The notes below the pieces were generated by a model. That model saw only the letters and a list, made by a program, of their open reading frames with translations. It had not been told where the DNA came from and searched no databases. A stretch of DNA of 64,000 nucleotides, from assembly GCA_049964835.1 (NCBI GenBank), contig JBMFWW010000002.1, positions 20,132 to 84,131 on the forward strand, in the 5' to 3' direction. The first letter of the stretch is position 1. Every line of letters starts with the position of its first letter. Shown one piece after another: positions 40,685 to 50,100 of the stretch. Made by a program: the position numbers and the translations under genes. The stretch comes from Candidatus Micrarchaeia archaeon. GTDB lineage: Archaea; Micrarchaeota; Micrarchaeia; Micrarchaeales; CABMGC01.

Positions 40685-41071
40685 ATGTTAGGAATTAGAA
40701 GAGAGGATCCAAACAGAGAACGTATAAATAGAAATTTAACATTAATAACCGCAATGTTAGAAATAGAAAAGGCATTATCTTCAAGAAATTTTGCAGTAGC
40801 AGGAAGAATTTTCAATTGTTCTGTTGGAGATATTGAAAAAGTTGAAGATAAACCAATTCTTACTGGTCGTTTTGCAGAATTTGCTGAAAAATTAGGATAT
40901 AAAATAAAAGCTGCTCAATTATACGAAAAAGCAGGAACCGATTACGGTCCAAAAAGTATTTCATTTCTTAATAAAGCACTAAATCTTTTTAATGAATCTG
41001 GCGAATTAACGGATTCGGAAAGAGTTCAAAAGAAAATAAAGTTTCAAATGGGATCTTTAAGGAGAAATTAA
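40685..41071 (+). CDS. Hypothetical helical (TPR-like) protein
   Basis: 128-aa ORF with AAQLYEKAG and FLNKALNLF helical-repeat-like patterns. Confidence 0.55.
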   Translation: MLGIRREDPNRERINRNLTLITAMLEIEKALSSRNFAVAGRIFNCSVGDIEKVEDKPILTGRFAEFAEKLGYKIKAAQLYEKAGTDYGPKSISFLNKALNLFNESGELTDSERVQKKIKFQMGSLRRN

Positions 41072-41093
41072 AGATTAAATATATTTTTAAATA

Positions 41094-41169
41094 TGGTGCG
41101 AGCGCCGGGATTTGAACCCGGGTTTTTGGCTTGGAAGGCCAAAGTCCTACCAGGCTAGACTACACTCGC
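41094..41169 (-). tRNA. tRNA-Gly(TCC), CCA encoded
   Basis: Reverse complement GCGAGTG...TTGGC-CTTCCAA-GCCAA...CCGGG-TTCAAAT-CCCGG-CGCTCGC-ACCA. Confidence 0.96.
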
Positions 41170-41288
41170 CTTTGTAATAATGCTAATATATTTGTTAGAT
41201 AAGAATTATAATACTTTTTAACTTTTTCTAAAACCAAATAACTAAGAAAGCTTTTTAAATTCTATATACGTTAATATACTGTGATATA

Positions 41289-41969
41289 ATGAATTTATTA
41301 TTAATAGGCATTGTCACAGTTGTAATAATCATAGTAATAGCTGTAATTGTTTCAATATACAATGGCTTAATATCAAAAAGAAACCGTGTACAAGATGCAT
41401 GGGCGCAAATAGATGTTCAGTTAAAGAGAAGATACGATCTTATTCCTAACCTACTCGACACAGTAAAAGGTTATGCCAAGTATGAACGAAGCGTTCTTAC
41501 ACAGGTTACACAACTTAGATCCTCTCTTATAAATGGATCTGTTCAAGACAAAGCACAAGCAAACAATCAACTTACACAGGCATTTAAGAGCATATTTGCA
41601 GTTGCAGAAAATTATCCAGATCTTAAAGCCTCTCAAAACTTCCAGCAACTTCAGCAAGCAATAACAGATACTGAAGACAAGATAGCATTCGTAAGAACAT
41701 CATACAACGATTATGTTCTTGATTATAATAATATATTGCAACAGTTTCCAAGCAGTATATTTGCCAATATGTTTCATTTTGTAAAGTATGACTTTTTCCA
41801 GACAGAAAGTGATGCAGAAAAAGAACCAGTTAAGGTTAATTTTGATGATTTGAATGGACCTTCTTCTAGTAAAAGTTCTAATACACCTCCAAAATCAACA
41901 ACTAGCAGTTCAGGTCCACCTCAATCAGGTTCTTCAAAAGGCAAAAAGTCAAAAGGAAGTAATAATTAA
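41289..41969 (+). CDS. lemA: LemA family protein
   Basis: AWAQIDVQLKRRYDLIPNL, AVAENYPDLKAS.NF, FPS. Confidence 0.95.
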   Translation: MNLLLIGIVTVVIIIVIAVIVSIYNGLISKRNRVQDAWAQIDVQLKRRYDLIPNLLDTVKGYAKYERSVLTQVTQLRSSLINGSVQDKAQANNQLTQAFKSIFAVAENYPDLKASQNFQQLQQAITDTEDKIAFVRTSYNDYVLDYNNILQQFPSSIFANMFHFVKYDFFQTESDAEKEPVKVNFDDLNGPSSSKSSNTPPKSTTSSSGPPQSGSSKGKKSKGSNN

Positions 41970-41981
41970 GTAATTAAAAAT

Positions 41982-42896
41982 ATGAGCGGGAAAAGAATGG
42001 CAAGCTTCTTTGATGAGATAGCTAAGAATAGATTAAAATCTATAATCCTTATGGCTATTTTTATTGTATTTTTTGCAGCTATAGTTTATGCATTTGTTTG
42101 GGTCTTTGGCGGAGGATTAGTTGGATTTTCTATAGGTATACTCATAATACTTTTTTATGCAGTAATTGTTTACTTCTATGGAGATAAGATGACTCTAAAG
42201 GTAGCAGGAGCAAAGGAGGCAGATAAAACAACATATGCATCTTTGTACTCAACAGTTGAAGGTCTTTCAGCCGCAACCCAAGTTCCTACTCCTAAAGTCT
42301 ATATCGTGAACGATCCTAATCCGAACGCATTTGCTACTGGAAGAAACAAGAAAGTATCTGCAATAGCAGTAACTTCTGGACTGTTAACAACAATGAATCA
42401 TAGAGAACTTCAAGGAGTAATAGCACATGAAATGTCTCATATAGCTGATAATGATGTTCAATTCATGATGATAGCAATAGTCTTTGCTGGAGCTATAGGA
42501 TTAATAGCAGCAGTTCTGAGAATGTCATTATTTTTTGGCGGATTCAGAAGAGTTGAAGGTGAAGGTGGCATAATAATATTATTAATAGCATTAGCTGTTG
42601 GAATTCTAGCTCCAATATTCGCACTCTTAATAAGACTTGCAATTTCAAGAAAAAGAGAGTATATGGCAGATGCGAATGGAGCAAGATTGACAAGGGATCC
42701 AGAAGGACTTGCAGATGCTCTTACAAAAATTAAAAATTACACCGCGCAACCAAATGTCAAAGGCGTAAAGAATGCTAATGAAGTAAATGGTTCAATGTAC
42801 TTCTCAAATCCTTTTAAGGGAAAGAGTATAATGAATATTTTTTCAACACATCCTCCTATCGATGAGAGAATAAACAGATTAAAGAAGATGTACTAA
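41982..42896 (+). CDS. htpX: M48 Zn-metalloprotease HtpX
   Basis: PNAFATG, AHEMSH, SRKREYMAD, FSTHPP. Confidence 0.95.
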   Translation: MSGKRMASFFDEIAKNRLKSIILMAIFIVFFAAIVYAFVWVFGGGLVGFSIGILIILFYAVIVYFYGDKMTLKVAGAKEADKTTYASLYSTVEGLSAATQVPTPKVYIVNDPNPNAFATGRNKKVSAIAVTSGLLTTMNHRELQGVIAHEMSHIADNDVQFMMIAIVFAGAIGLIAAVLRMSLFFGGFRRVEGEGGIIILLIALAVGILAPIFALLIRLAISRKREYMADANGARLTRDPEGLADALTKIKNYTAQPNVKGVKNANEVNGSMYFSNPFKGKSIMNIFSTHPPIDERINRLKKMY

Positions 42897-43262
42897 TGTC
42901 ACTAAACAGGCAAAGCTTTGTCTTAAAAGATGTAATGATGGAGCTTAATATTCTAAAATCTACAGAGTATCTTGAAGATATGAAAAGATTCGGAATAAAT
43001 ACTACTTCTACAATTACATTGGGCGTATCAGTTCCTAATCTTAGAAAACTTTCAAAAAGATAGGAACAAATCACGCGTTAGCTACTCAATTATGGAATAC
43101 AAAGGTTCATGAAGCAATGATACTTGCTGCATTTATTGACGATCCATTACTTGTCAGTGAAGAACAGATGGAGCAATGGGTCAATGGTTTTTCATCTTGG
43201 GATATATGTGATGCCGTATTCGGAACTCTTTTTGATAAAACAAGGTTTGCTTATAAAATTCC
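42896..43262 (+). pseudogene. AlkD-like DNA alkylation repair gene, frameshifted and truncated by an IS
   Basis: MKRFGI...LGVSVPNLRKLSK, frameshift near 43055, then IGTNHALATQLW...HEAMILA...QMEQWV..FSSWDICD; ends at the IS terminus. Confidence 0.8.
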
Positions 43263-43565
43263 TAAATTCCCAGAGTTTTAGACACTAGGATGCCTAATTT
43301 TTCTGAGATTTCCTGCTGTTCTTTGGTCAATTCAGATACCAGTACCTCCTTCTCATAAATTTTACACTTTAGATTCCTCAAACTTACCAATACCTCTTCC
43401 ACTGTATAGTTTTTACCTAATTTCTTTTTTAATTGTATGAACGCAATTAATATCATAAACTGCATGAAAATAAACCCACGCAACGCCTCTTCTGAATGTA
43501 CACGTAATGGAAGTATACTGATATCGTCTTTTGAAAATCCAAATAGTATTTCTGTGATTTGCCTA
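43261..43565 (-). mobile_element. IS1634-like (IS4 superfamily DDE) transposase C-terminal remnant
   Basis: EILFGFSKDDISILPLRVHSEEALRGFIFMQFMILI...ELTKEQQEI.EKLGI; terminus GGAATTTAGG overlaps the stop codon. Confidence 0.7.
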
Positions 43566-43572
43566 ACATAAT

Positions 43573-43770
43573 ATGCAGGAACAACATCGTTTTTTGATAG
43601 TTCAAATGGAAAGTATTTATTTAGGACCTTTTGATTCAGATATGATTATGGTAGAGTATGAAGATATCTTAGGAAAAGATAATGGAAACGATAGCAATTC
43701 TTCGGAAATAATTGTTCAACAACCGAATGTTGTCCCGCTAAATATAAAAAATAATCAAAGGAAAAAATAA
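43573..43770 (+). CDS. Hypothetical 65-aa ORF, possibly a gene remnant
   Basis: ORF only; sits next to the IS fragment. Confidence 0.25.
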   Translation: MQEQHRFLIVQMESIYLGPFDSDMIMVEYEDILGKDNGNDSNSSEIIVQQPNVVPLNIKNNQRKK

Positions 43771-43971
43771 ACGCAAGAACTGGAAGCTATAGAAAATAAG
43801 AGTAAATATGAATAATTGTTCTTGGTATTTACAGTAAGCTATATAAACCTTTATTTGTATAATATACTTCAACGCTTTATATGCACGTTCACACTGCATA
43901 TTTGTGTTAATATTTATTGCATACTCAGTTGTATGCTTTATTGTTTAATGTGAAAATTCCTATTTGGAATT

Positions 43972-45623
43972 GGATGTAGTCTTGAGAGTGTAAAGAGAAG
44001 AACAACGCAATTGCAATTAATAAAATCTTGCAGACAAACAAACCAAAAATTCCAGTCGATGCTGCTGGAGGACACTGCTATCAGATTTCGACAGCCATGC
44101 AAGTCAACATTCTCACTTGAGAGTGTGGCGTACGGCTCAGTAACGCGTGGTCAATCTACCGTAGAGAAGGGCATAACCTTGGGAAACTGAGGCTAATATC
44201 ATATAGTTTAAGACACCTGGAAGGAGTTTTAAACTAAAGGGTTGCGAATTGGAGCATTACCGCTCTACGATGAGACTGCGTCGGATCAGGCAGATGGCGG
44301 GGTAACGGCCCACCATACCTTTGACCCGTAGGGGATATGTGAGTATGAGCCCCGAGAAGGGCACTGAGACAAGGGCCCTAGCGCTACGGCGTGCAGCAGG
44401 CGCGCAAACTCCACAATGCGCGAAAGCGTGATGGGGGGAGTCTGAGTGGTAGGTTTTTAACTTACCTTTTGCCAAGTTTAGCAAGCTTGGAGAATAAGTG
44501 CTGGGTAAGACCGGTGGCAGCCGCCACGGTAATACCGGCGGCACGAGTGGTGTTCACTATTATTGGGCTTAAAGCGTCCGTAGCTGGCTGAAACAGTCTT
44601 ATGTGAAATATAGGTGCTTAACATCTATACGTGCATAAGATACCTTTCGGCTAGGGAGTGGGAGAGGTCAAGAGTACTTATGGGGTAGGGGTTAAATCCT
44701 GTAATCCTATAAGGACTACCTGTGGCGAAGGCGCTTGACCAGAACACATCCGACAGTGAGTGACGAAGGCTAGGAGAACGAATCGGATTAGATACCCGAG
44801 TAGCCCTAGCAGTAAATTATGCAGACATTGGTGTTGCATTTATCTTGAATAAGTGCAGTACCGTAGGAAAACTGTTAAGTCTGCCGCCTGGGGAGTACGG
44901 CCGCAAGGTTGAAACTTAAAGCAATTGGCGGGGGAGCACACAAGGGGTGGATGCTACGGTTTAATTGAATTCAACGTCGGAAATATCACCTGGAGCGACG
45001 GCAGTGTGAAGGCCAGACTAAAGATCTTGCCTGACAAGCCGAGAGGTGTTGCATGGCGATCGTCAGTTCGTGGTGTGAACTATCCGGTTAAGTCCGGTAA
45101 CGAACGAGATCCTCACTAACAGTTGCAACTAATACAGTTGTGTATTGGGCACTCTGTTAGTACCGCCTGCGTTTAAGCAGGAGGAAGGAGAGGGCCACGG
45201 TACGTCAGTATAGCCCGAACCTCCAGGGCTACACGCGGCATACAAAGGTTGGTACAATGGGCTGCCACTCAGAAATGAGGAGCTAATCCCCTAAAACCAA
45301 TCTAAGTTCGGATTGAGGGTTGAAACTCACCCTCATGAAGTTGGAATCCCTAGTAATCGCTTGTCACTATCGAGCGGTGAATATGTCCCCGCTCCTTGCA
45401 CACACCGCCTACCAAGTCATCCAAGTGAGGTCTTAGTGATACAGCATCGTAATAGATACTGTTGAACTAAGGTTTCGTGAGGGGGGCTAAGGTATAACAA
45501 GGTATCCGTAGGGGAACCTGCGGATAGATCACCTCGAAACTTTTTAAGAAGGTTTCAAGCTACTTAATATTTAGTGTGCGTAAAATTAGTTGTCTTCTCG
45601 CACTATTTCTCAAGACTACATCC
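43972..45623 (+). other. 16S pre-rRNA processing stem with BHB-like motif
   Basis: GGATGTAGTCTTGAGA (43972-43987) is perfectly complementary to TCTCAAGACTACATCC (45608-45623); central helix GTGT/GCAC with AAA and TATT bulges; inner GAGAAGA/TCTTCTC. Confidence 0.85.
44049..45535 (+). rRNA. rrs: 16S rRNA (not linked to 23S)
   Basis: Starts ATTCCAGTCGATGCTGCTGG; contains GGATTAGATACCC, AAACTTAAAG and GCACACACCGCC; ends GATCACCTC. Confidence 0.98.
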
Positions 45624-45690
45624 TTTTTCTATTTTGTAATTTTTCTAATCATTATAAAAATATATATTTAATAATAATTATGGTTTTAGA

Positions 45691-46329
45691 ATGAGCAAAC
45701 GTTGTCCAAAATGTGGAAGGACAAGCGACACCATTCAGTTTTATGGACAATTCTGTAAGATATGTTCAGAGAGAAAACTTGGTGAAGAGCTTCCTGAAAG
45801 TGCAGAGATTATCATATGCAAAAACTGTGGAAAAATACGTCTGCAAGGTGTTTTTGTAAAAGACAGTGGCCAGAATATGCAGCAAATACTACAAAACACA
45901 TTCAAGAATTTTTTTGTAAGTCTGATTGATTATGATCCTGAAAATGCAACTGCAGTACTTTCATTTTCAAAAAAAGACAAGGAAGATTTATCTGTAGATA
46001 AAAAGATACTTCTACTATATAAGAAAATACTTTGCGATGAGTGTAATAAACGTGCTGGATCTTACTATGAAGGAGTAATGCAATTAAGAGGAGATAAAGC
46101 ACGAATTGAAAGATTCATAGAAAGAGTAAATACTTATTTTGAAAAACGTGGAGAATTTATAGCTAAAATTAAAAATGTGGATAATGGTATCGATGTATAT
46201 CTTAGCAATAAAAAGCTTGCAGAAGCATACATATCCTCACATCATTTAGAGGTTGTACGTTCATATACTTTATATGGAGTAAAAAAAGGGAAAAAAGTGT
46301 ACAGGCATACTTACTCTATAAGACTATAA
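45691..46329 (+). CDS. NMD3 family protein
   Basis: CPKCG, CKIC, CKNCG, CDEC....GSYYEGVMQLRG, GIDVYL, YRHTYSIRL. Confidence 0.9.
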   Translation: MSKRCPKCGRTSDTIQFYGQFCKICSERKLGEELPESAEIIICKNCGKIRLQGVFVKDSGQNMQQILQNTFKNFFVSLIDYDPENATAVLSFSKKDKEDLSVDKKILLLYKKILCDECNKRAGSYYEGVMQLRGDKARIERFIERVNTYFEKRGEFIAKIKNVDNGIDVYLSNKKLAEAYISSHHLEVVRSYTLYGVKKGKKVYRHTYSIRL

Positions 46330-46351
46330 AAATAAATAAAGCATAAAATTA

Positions 46352-46437
46352 GTGTATGGTTACGGTGGAAGGACGTCAATTATTTCAGACGCCACGGGAA
46401 GGCCCAACCTCTATTTACCATACATCCCCTTCTACTA
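46352..46437 (-). ncRNA. Candidate structured small RNA of unknown class
   Basis: GC-rich island; stems TGTATGGT/ACCATACA and GGCGTC/GACGTC; TATA-like element upstream and T-rich tract downstream on the minus strand. Confidence 0.45.
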
Positions 46438-46588
46438 CTATAATTCACGTTAAGTATAAATATATAATTTACATTTTTGTTTATTATAATAAATATTGAA
46501 TTAATTTTTTTGTTATTATTTCTCGAATCAAAAAGGTTATATAAATTATTAAACAATATCATTCTTACTAAATCATTAAACTGATACT

Positions 46589-48481
46589 ATGCCATTAAAT
46601 AATAAAAACACTGCAAAAAATAGGTTCAAAACTCTTATAAAAAACGTACTTAAGGATGAAATAAAACTAGAAGATTTGGATATAGATAGAAGCATATGCC
46701 TTGTTTTAAATCAGGATTGGGATATCTCTTCATCTATAGCATTAAGAATTGCAAAAATTATGAAAAAAAATCCAAAAGAGTTAGCAGAAAGTATTACTAG
46801 TAAACTATCAAAGATAGAAAGTACAGAAAATCCAAAAACCACCTTTTTTTCTGAGTTTTTTGCAATGAACGGTTATATAAATGCAAAACTAAATATTAAA
46901 AATTTCTCAAAATCTGTACTTGAAGAGGTACTCTCTTTAGAAGAAAAGTATGGTCATAATGAAGTTGGTAAAGGCAAAGTTGCAATAATCGAATATCCTA
47001 GTGTAAATCCAAACAAACCCTGGCATGTAGGGCATATTAGGAACCCTCTTCTCGGAGATTCAATTTCAAGAATTATGTCTTTTTCTTCATATAAAGTACT
47101 ACGTACTGATTATATCGAAGATTTAGGTTTGCAGATGGCAGAGATTCTCTGGGGCAGCAAAAATTTAGAGTGGAATGAGAATGGTAAGAAGTATGACCAG
47201 TTCCTCGGAGAAAAATATGTAGAAATAAATAAACATATAGAAAAGGAAAATGTGAAAAACGAAATATCTGTTTTGTTAAAAAATATGGAAGACGTTTCAA
47301 GTGACGATGCAATTAAAATCAGAGAAATATCAGAAAAGAGTGTAAAGGCACAGTATCAAACAAGTTTTTCGTATGGCGTATATCATGATTTACTTATCTG
47401 GGAAAGTGATATACTAAGAGAAAAGCTTCTAGAAAAGTCATTAGATCTTCTTAAAAAGAATAACCTGATTAATATTGAAAAAGAAGGTAAGCTATCTGGC
47501 TGCACCGTTTTAAAGACCGATCTATCTGGTAAAACAGAAGAAAAAAACAAGAAGGTATTACTAAGAAGCAATGGCGTTCCAACGTATCTTGCAAAAGATA
47601 TTGCATTTCATATGTGGAAGTTAGGCATAATAAAAATACAGTTCAATGTACATAACTTTATTGGACAGCCCGATGGTACTTTCGCTAAAACAACTAATAA
47701 AACAGGCGATAGTTTAGATTTTAATGGTGCTGATATCGCAATAAATGTAATAGGTTCAGCCCAAAATGAACCACAAATTATACTAAAAAATGTTTTTAAA
47801 TTACTTGATGGAAAAAAATCCAATTCTCTTATACATTTATCTTATGGAGAAGTAAGTTTGAAAGAAGGCAAGATAAGTGGAAGAAGTGGAAAATGGCTCG
47901 GTGAAGATAGAAATTACACTGCAGATGATTTGTTAAAGTTTACAGTAAATAAAGTTCGAGAAGTAATATTATCTGGAGAAAAAATATCAAAAGAAATAGA
48001 TATAGAAAAGGTTTCAAAAAGCATTGCACTGTCTGCAATAAAATTTGATTTGTTAAGAATAGATCCTATAAAGAAAATAGTATTTGATTGGGATAGAGCG
48101 CTTGATTTAAATTCAAATAGCGGACCTTACTGTGTTTACATGTATGCTAGATGTTGTAGGATACTTGAAAAATCTTCTATAACTATTAAATTAGATGATA
48201 TAAATCTGAATTATATAGAAAGAGATTTTGGTTTTGAACTATTAAAATTGATATCTAAATGTAATGAGATAGTAGAAAAAGCACTTACTGAGTATAAACC
48301 AAATATAATAACTGATTATTTAATAGATTTATCCCAATTATTCGGTAAGTTTTATGAGCATAATAATGTACTTAAATCTGGAGATGCGATGGTTGCGCGT
48401 TTAGCAATAGTCAATGCGACAAAGCAAACATTATATAACATGCTTATGCTTTTAGGTATAGAACCACTATCTTCTATGTAA
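46589..48481 (+). CDS. argS: Arginyl-tRNA synthetase
   Basis: EYPSVNPNKPWHVGHIRN, LRSNG.PTY.AKDIA, KISGRSG, SGPYC.Y.YAR. Confidence 0.95.
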   Translation: MPLNNKNTAKNRFKTLIKNVLKDEIKLEDLDIDRSICLVLNQDWDISSSIALRIAKIMKKNPKELAESITSKLSKIESTENPKTTFFSEFFAMNGYINAKLNIKNFSKSVLEEVLSLEEKYGHNEVGKGKVAIIEYPSVNPNKPWHVGHIRNPLLGDSISRIMSFSSYKVLRTDYIEDLGLQMAEILWGSKNLEWNENGKKYDQFLGEKYVEINKHIEKENVKNEISVLLKNMEDVSSDDAIKIREISEKSVKAQYQTSFSYGVYHDLLIWESDILREKLLEKSLDLLKKNNLINIEKEGKLSGCTVLKTDLSGKTEEKNKKVLLRSNGVPTYLAKDIAFHMWKLGIIKIQFNVHNFIGQPDGTFAKTTNKTGDSLDFNGADIAINVIGSAQNEPQIILKNVFKLLDGKKSNSLIHLSYGEVSLKEGKISGRSGKWLGEDRNYTADDLLKFTVNKVREVILSGEKISKEIDIEKVSKSIALSAIKFDLLRIDPIKKIVFDWDRALDLNSNSGPYCVYMYARCCRILEKSSITIKLDDINLNYIERDFGFELLKLISKCNEIVEKALTEYKPNIITDYLIDLSQLFGKFYEHNNVLKSGDAMVARLAIVNATKQTLYNMLMLLGIEPLSSM

Positions 48482-48539
48482 ATTTAACTTACGATTAATC
48501 ACTTCAAATTAAAAAATAATATCTTATCTCGAAATAAGG

Positions 48540-48781
48540 TCCTTACGAAAAAGAAATATGATTATGTAAAAAGTATACAAATGATGAAGAAGTTGACAAA
48601 TAGCGGAATGAGATGGACAAAGTTGTTGAGTGTTATAACAACATGCCACATCTGAATCTTGACACTACTCAAAAAATTGCATATTTTGAGAAGATCACAC
48701 GAAAAATGGTTGAATACAAAACAAATAAAAGGTAAAATGATGAGATTAATTATCGAGAGGACATTAAATCAGGATACTACA
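48540..48781 (+). mobile_element. Possible IS481-like integrase-core C-terminal remnant with right end
   Basis: 48613-48735 encodes VECYNNMPHLNLDTTQ, resembling the YN..PH.SL..TP motif; in-frame stop upstream; ends GGATACTACA (ACA terminus). Confidence 0.35.
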
Positions 48782-48845
48782 AAATTAAAAATAAAAGAAA
48801 GACATATATTACTTTTAAGCAAAGATAAGTTAGAATTCTCTAGAA

Positions 48846-48920
48846 GGGTCTGTAGCTCAGCTTGGATAGAGCGGCGCCGTCCTAAGGCGAAGGTCACGGG
48901 TCCAAATCCCGTCAGACCCG
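48846..48920 (+). tRNA. tRNA-Arg(CCT)
   Basis: GGGTCTG/CAGACCC acceptor, GCTC/GAGC D stem, loop GTCCTAA, T arm ACGGG-TCCAAAT-CCCGT. Confidence 0.9.
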
Positions 48921-48943
48921 TTTACACTTAAAAGGTTGTCAAT

Positions 48944-50017
48944 ATGGCTAAGAAAAATATGAATAATAAAAAAAGCGAGCCCAATCTCATAATAAAACCT
49001 ATAGGTAAGTTGGGCGGCTTAGACGGAATACATGTACTTTTAATATTGCTACTTATTGTGGCGCTAGCATTACTTTTATACACATCTTACGCTAAGCAGT
49101 CAATATTGATAATAACAAATCAGAGTACAAATCAAACATTTAATAATACGCAGTGTCAATATGGAGTTTATAAAAATTCATGCGTAACTCCAGTTCACAA
49201 TGCTACTCAAATCAAAAAAATATTTGAAAATCTTTTGGCAAGTTATACAACAGTAAACAATCAAGACTCTTTAATTCCATTTATTTCAAATACTTCACAA
49301 ATAAAAGAGTATTATTCTCCATTAACTAAGACTTGGGTAGTTACAGTTATAGATAAGGATATACTAACAAATAGTACCTTCTTATTCTCTGCAATAATAA
49401 ATGACACAAATACTAGTAAGATAATACCTTCGATACAGACAGTACTCCCATCCCTTAAATCAAAGAATCTAGTTACAGGTAATGGTTATATTGATTTAAC
49501 AAATAAAACATCATGCATAACTGAAAATACAACACCTGTCTATTGGTTTATAGATCCATACTCTCCTGGAAGTATAAATAGTCTTTCTTACTATGAACAA
49601 ATACAAAAATCATTCAACAAGAGCATATCGCCTGATTTATACATACTTTATACACAGTACTCTCAAGAAATTGCGAATGAGTATGGATTACATAATGCAA
49701 CTATGATGGGCAAGTATTTATTCTGTGCTTCAAAGCAGCCGAACTTTGATGAATTTGCAAGCACATTAAATTCAAGTTATCAAAATTTATACATATCAAC
49801 ATCTGAACTTAATTCCATAGCAAAGAACTCAGACCTAAACATAACACAGCTTTCTTCGTGCATTTCAACTGCAGGAACAGCTATAAATAGGCAAGCTATT
49901 GTAGCAAATTACTACAATGTAACAGCCAGTCCTTTTGTTGTAATAGGTTGCAAGTATCAGACCATACCTCAGATGGCATATCAAGCAATATGCAGCATTA
50001 AAAACTACACTTGCTGA
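48944..50017 (+). CDS. Membrane-anchored protein with degenerate DsbA/thioredoxin-like C-terminal domain
   Basis: One TM helix; FIDPYSPGS (CxxC lost); YNVTASPFVVIG (cis-Pro loop pattern). Confidence 0.55.
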   Translation: MAKKNMNNKKSEPNLIIKPIGKLGGLDGIHVLLILLLIVALALLLYTSYAKQSILIITNQSTNQTFNNTQCQYGVYKNSCVTPVHNATQIKKIFENLLASYTTVNNQDSLIPFISNTSQIKEYYSPLTKTWVVTVIDKDILTNSTFLFSAIINDTNTSKIIPSIQTVLPSLKSKNLVTGNGYIDLTNKTSCITENTTPVYWFIDPYSPGSINSLSYYEQIQKSFNKSISPDLYILYTQYSQEIANEYGLHNATMMGKYLFCASKQPNFDEFASTLNSSYQNLYISTSELNSIAKNSDLNITQLSSCISTAGTAINRQAIVANYYNVTASPFVVIGCKYQTIPQMAYQAICSIKNYTC

Positions 50018-50100
50018 TGTCTTACTGATGTTGAAGTACTAGAAGAAGATAAGCCAGAAAGACTAAAAGGTTTATAAGCTGAATTGTTATATGTAATAAT

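Noticed and set aside
44257..45119. ORFs inside 16S; possible 16S intron or homing endonuclease
   Set aside because: rRNA shadows; the 16S length (~1490 nt) leaves no room for an intron.
46380..46562. 60-aa ORF (-)
   Set aside because: Mostly AT-rich promoter sequence of argS; the GC-rich part is better explained as structured RNA.
48659..48931. 90-aa ORF (+)
   Set aside because: Runs through tRNA-Arg(CCT); no motif.
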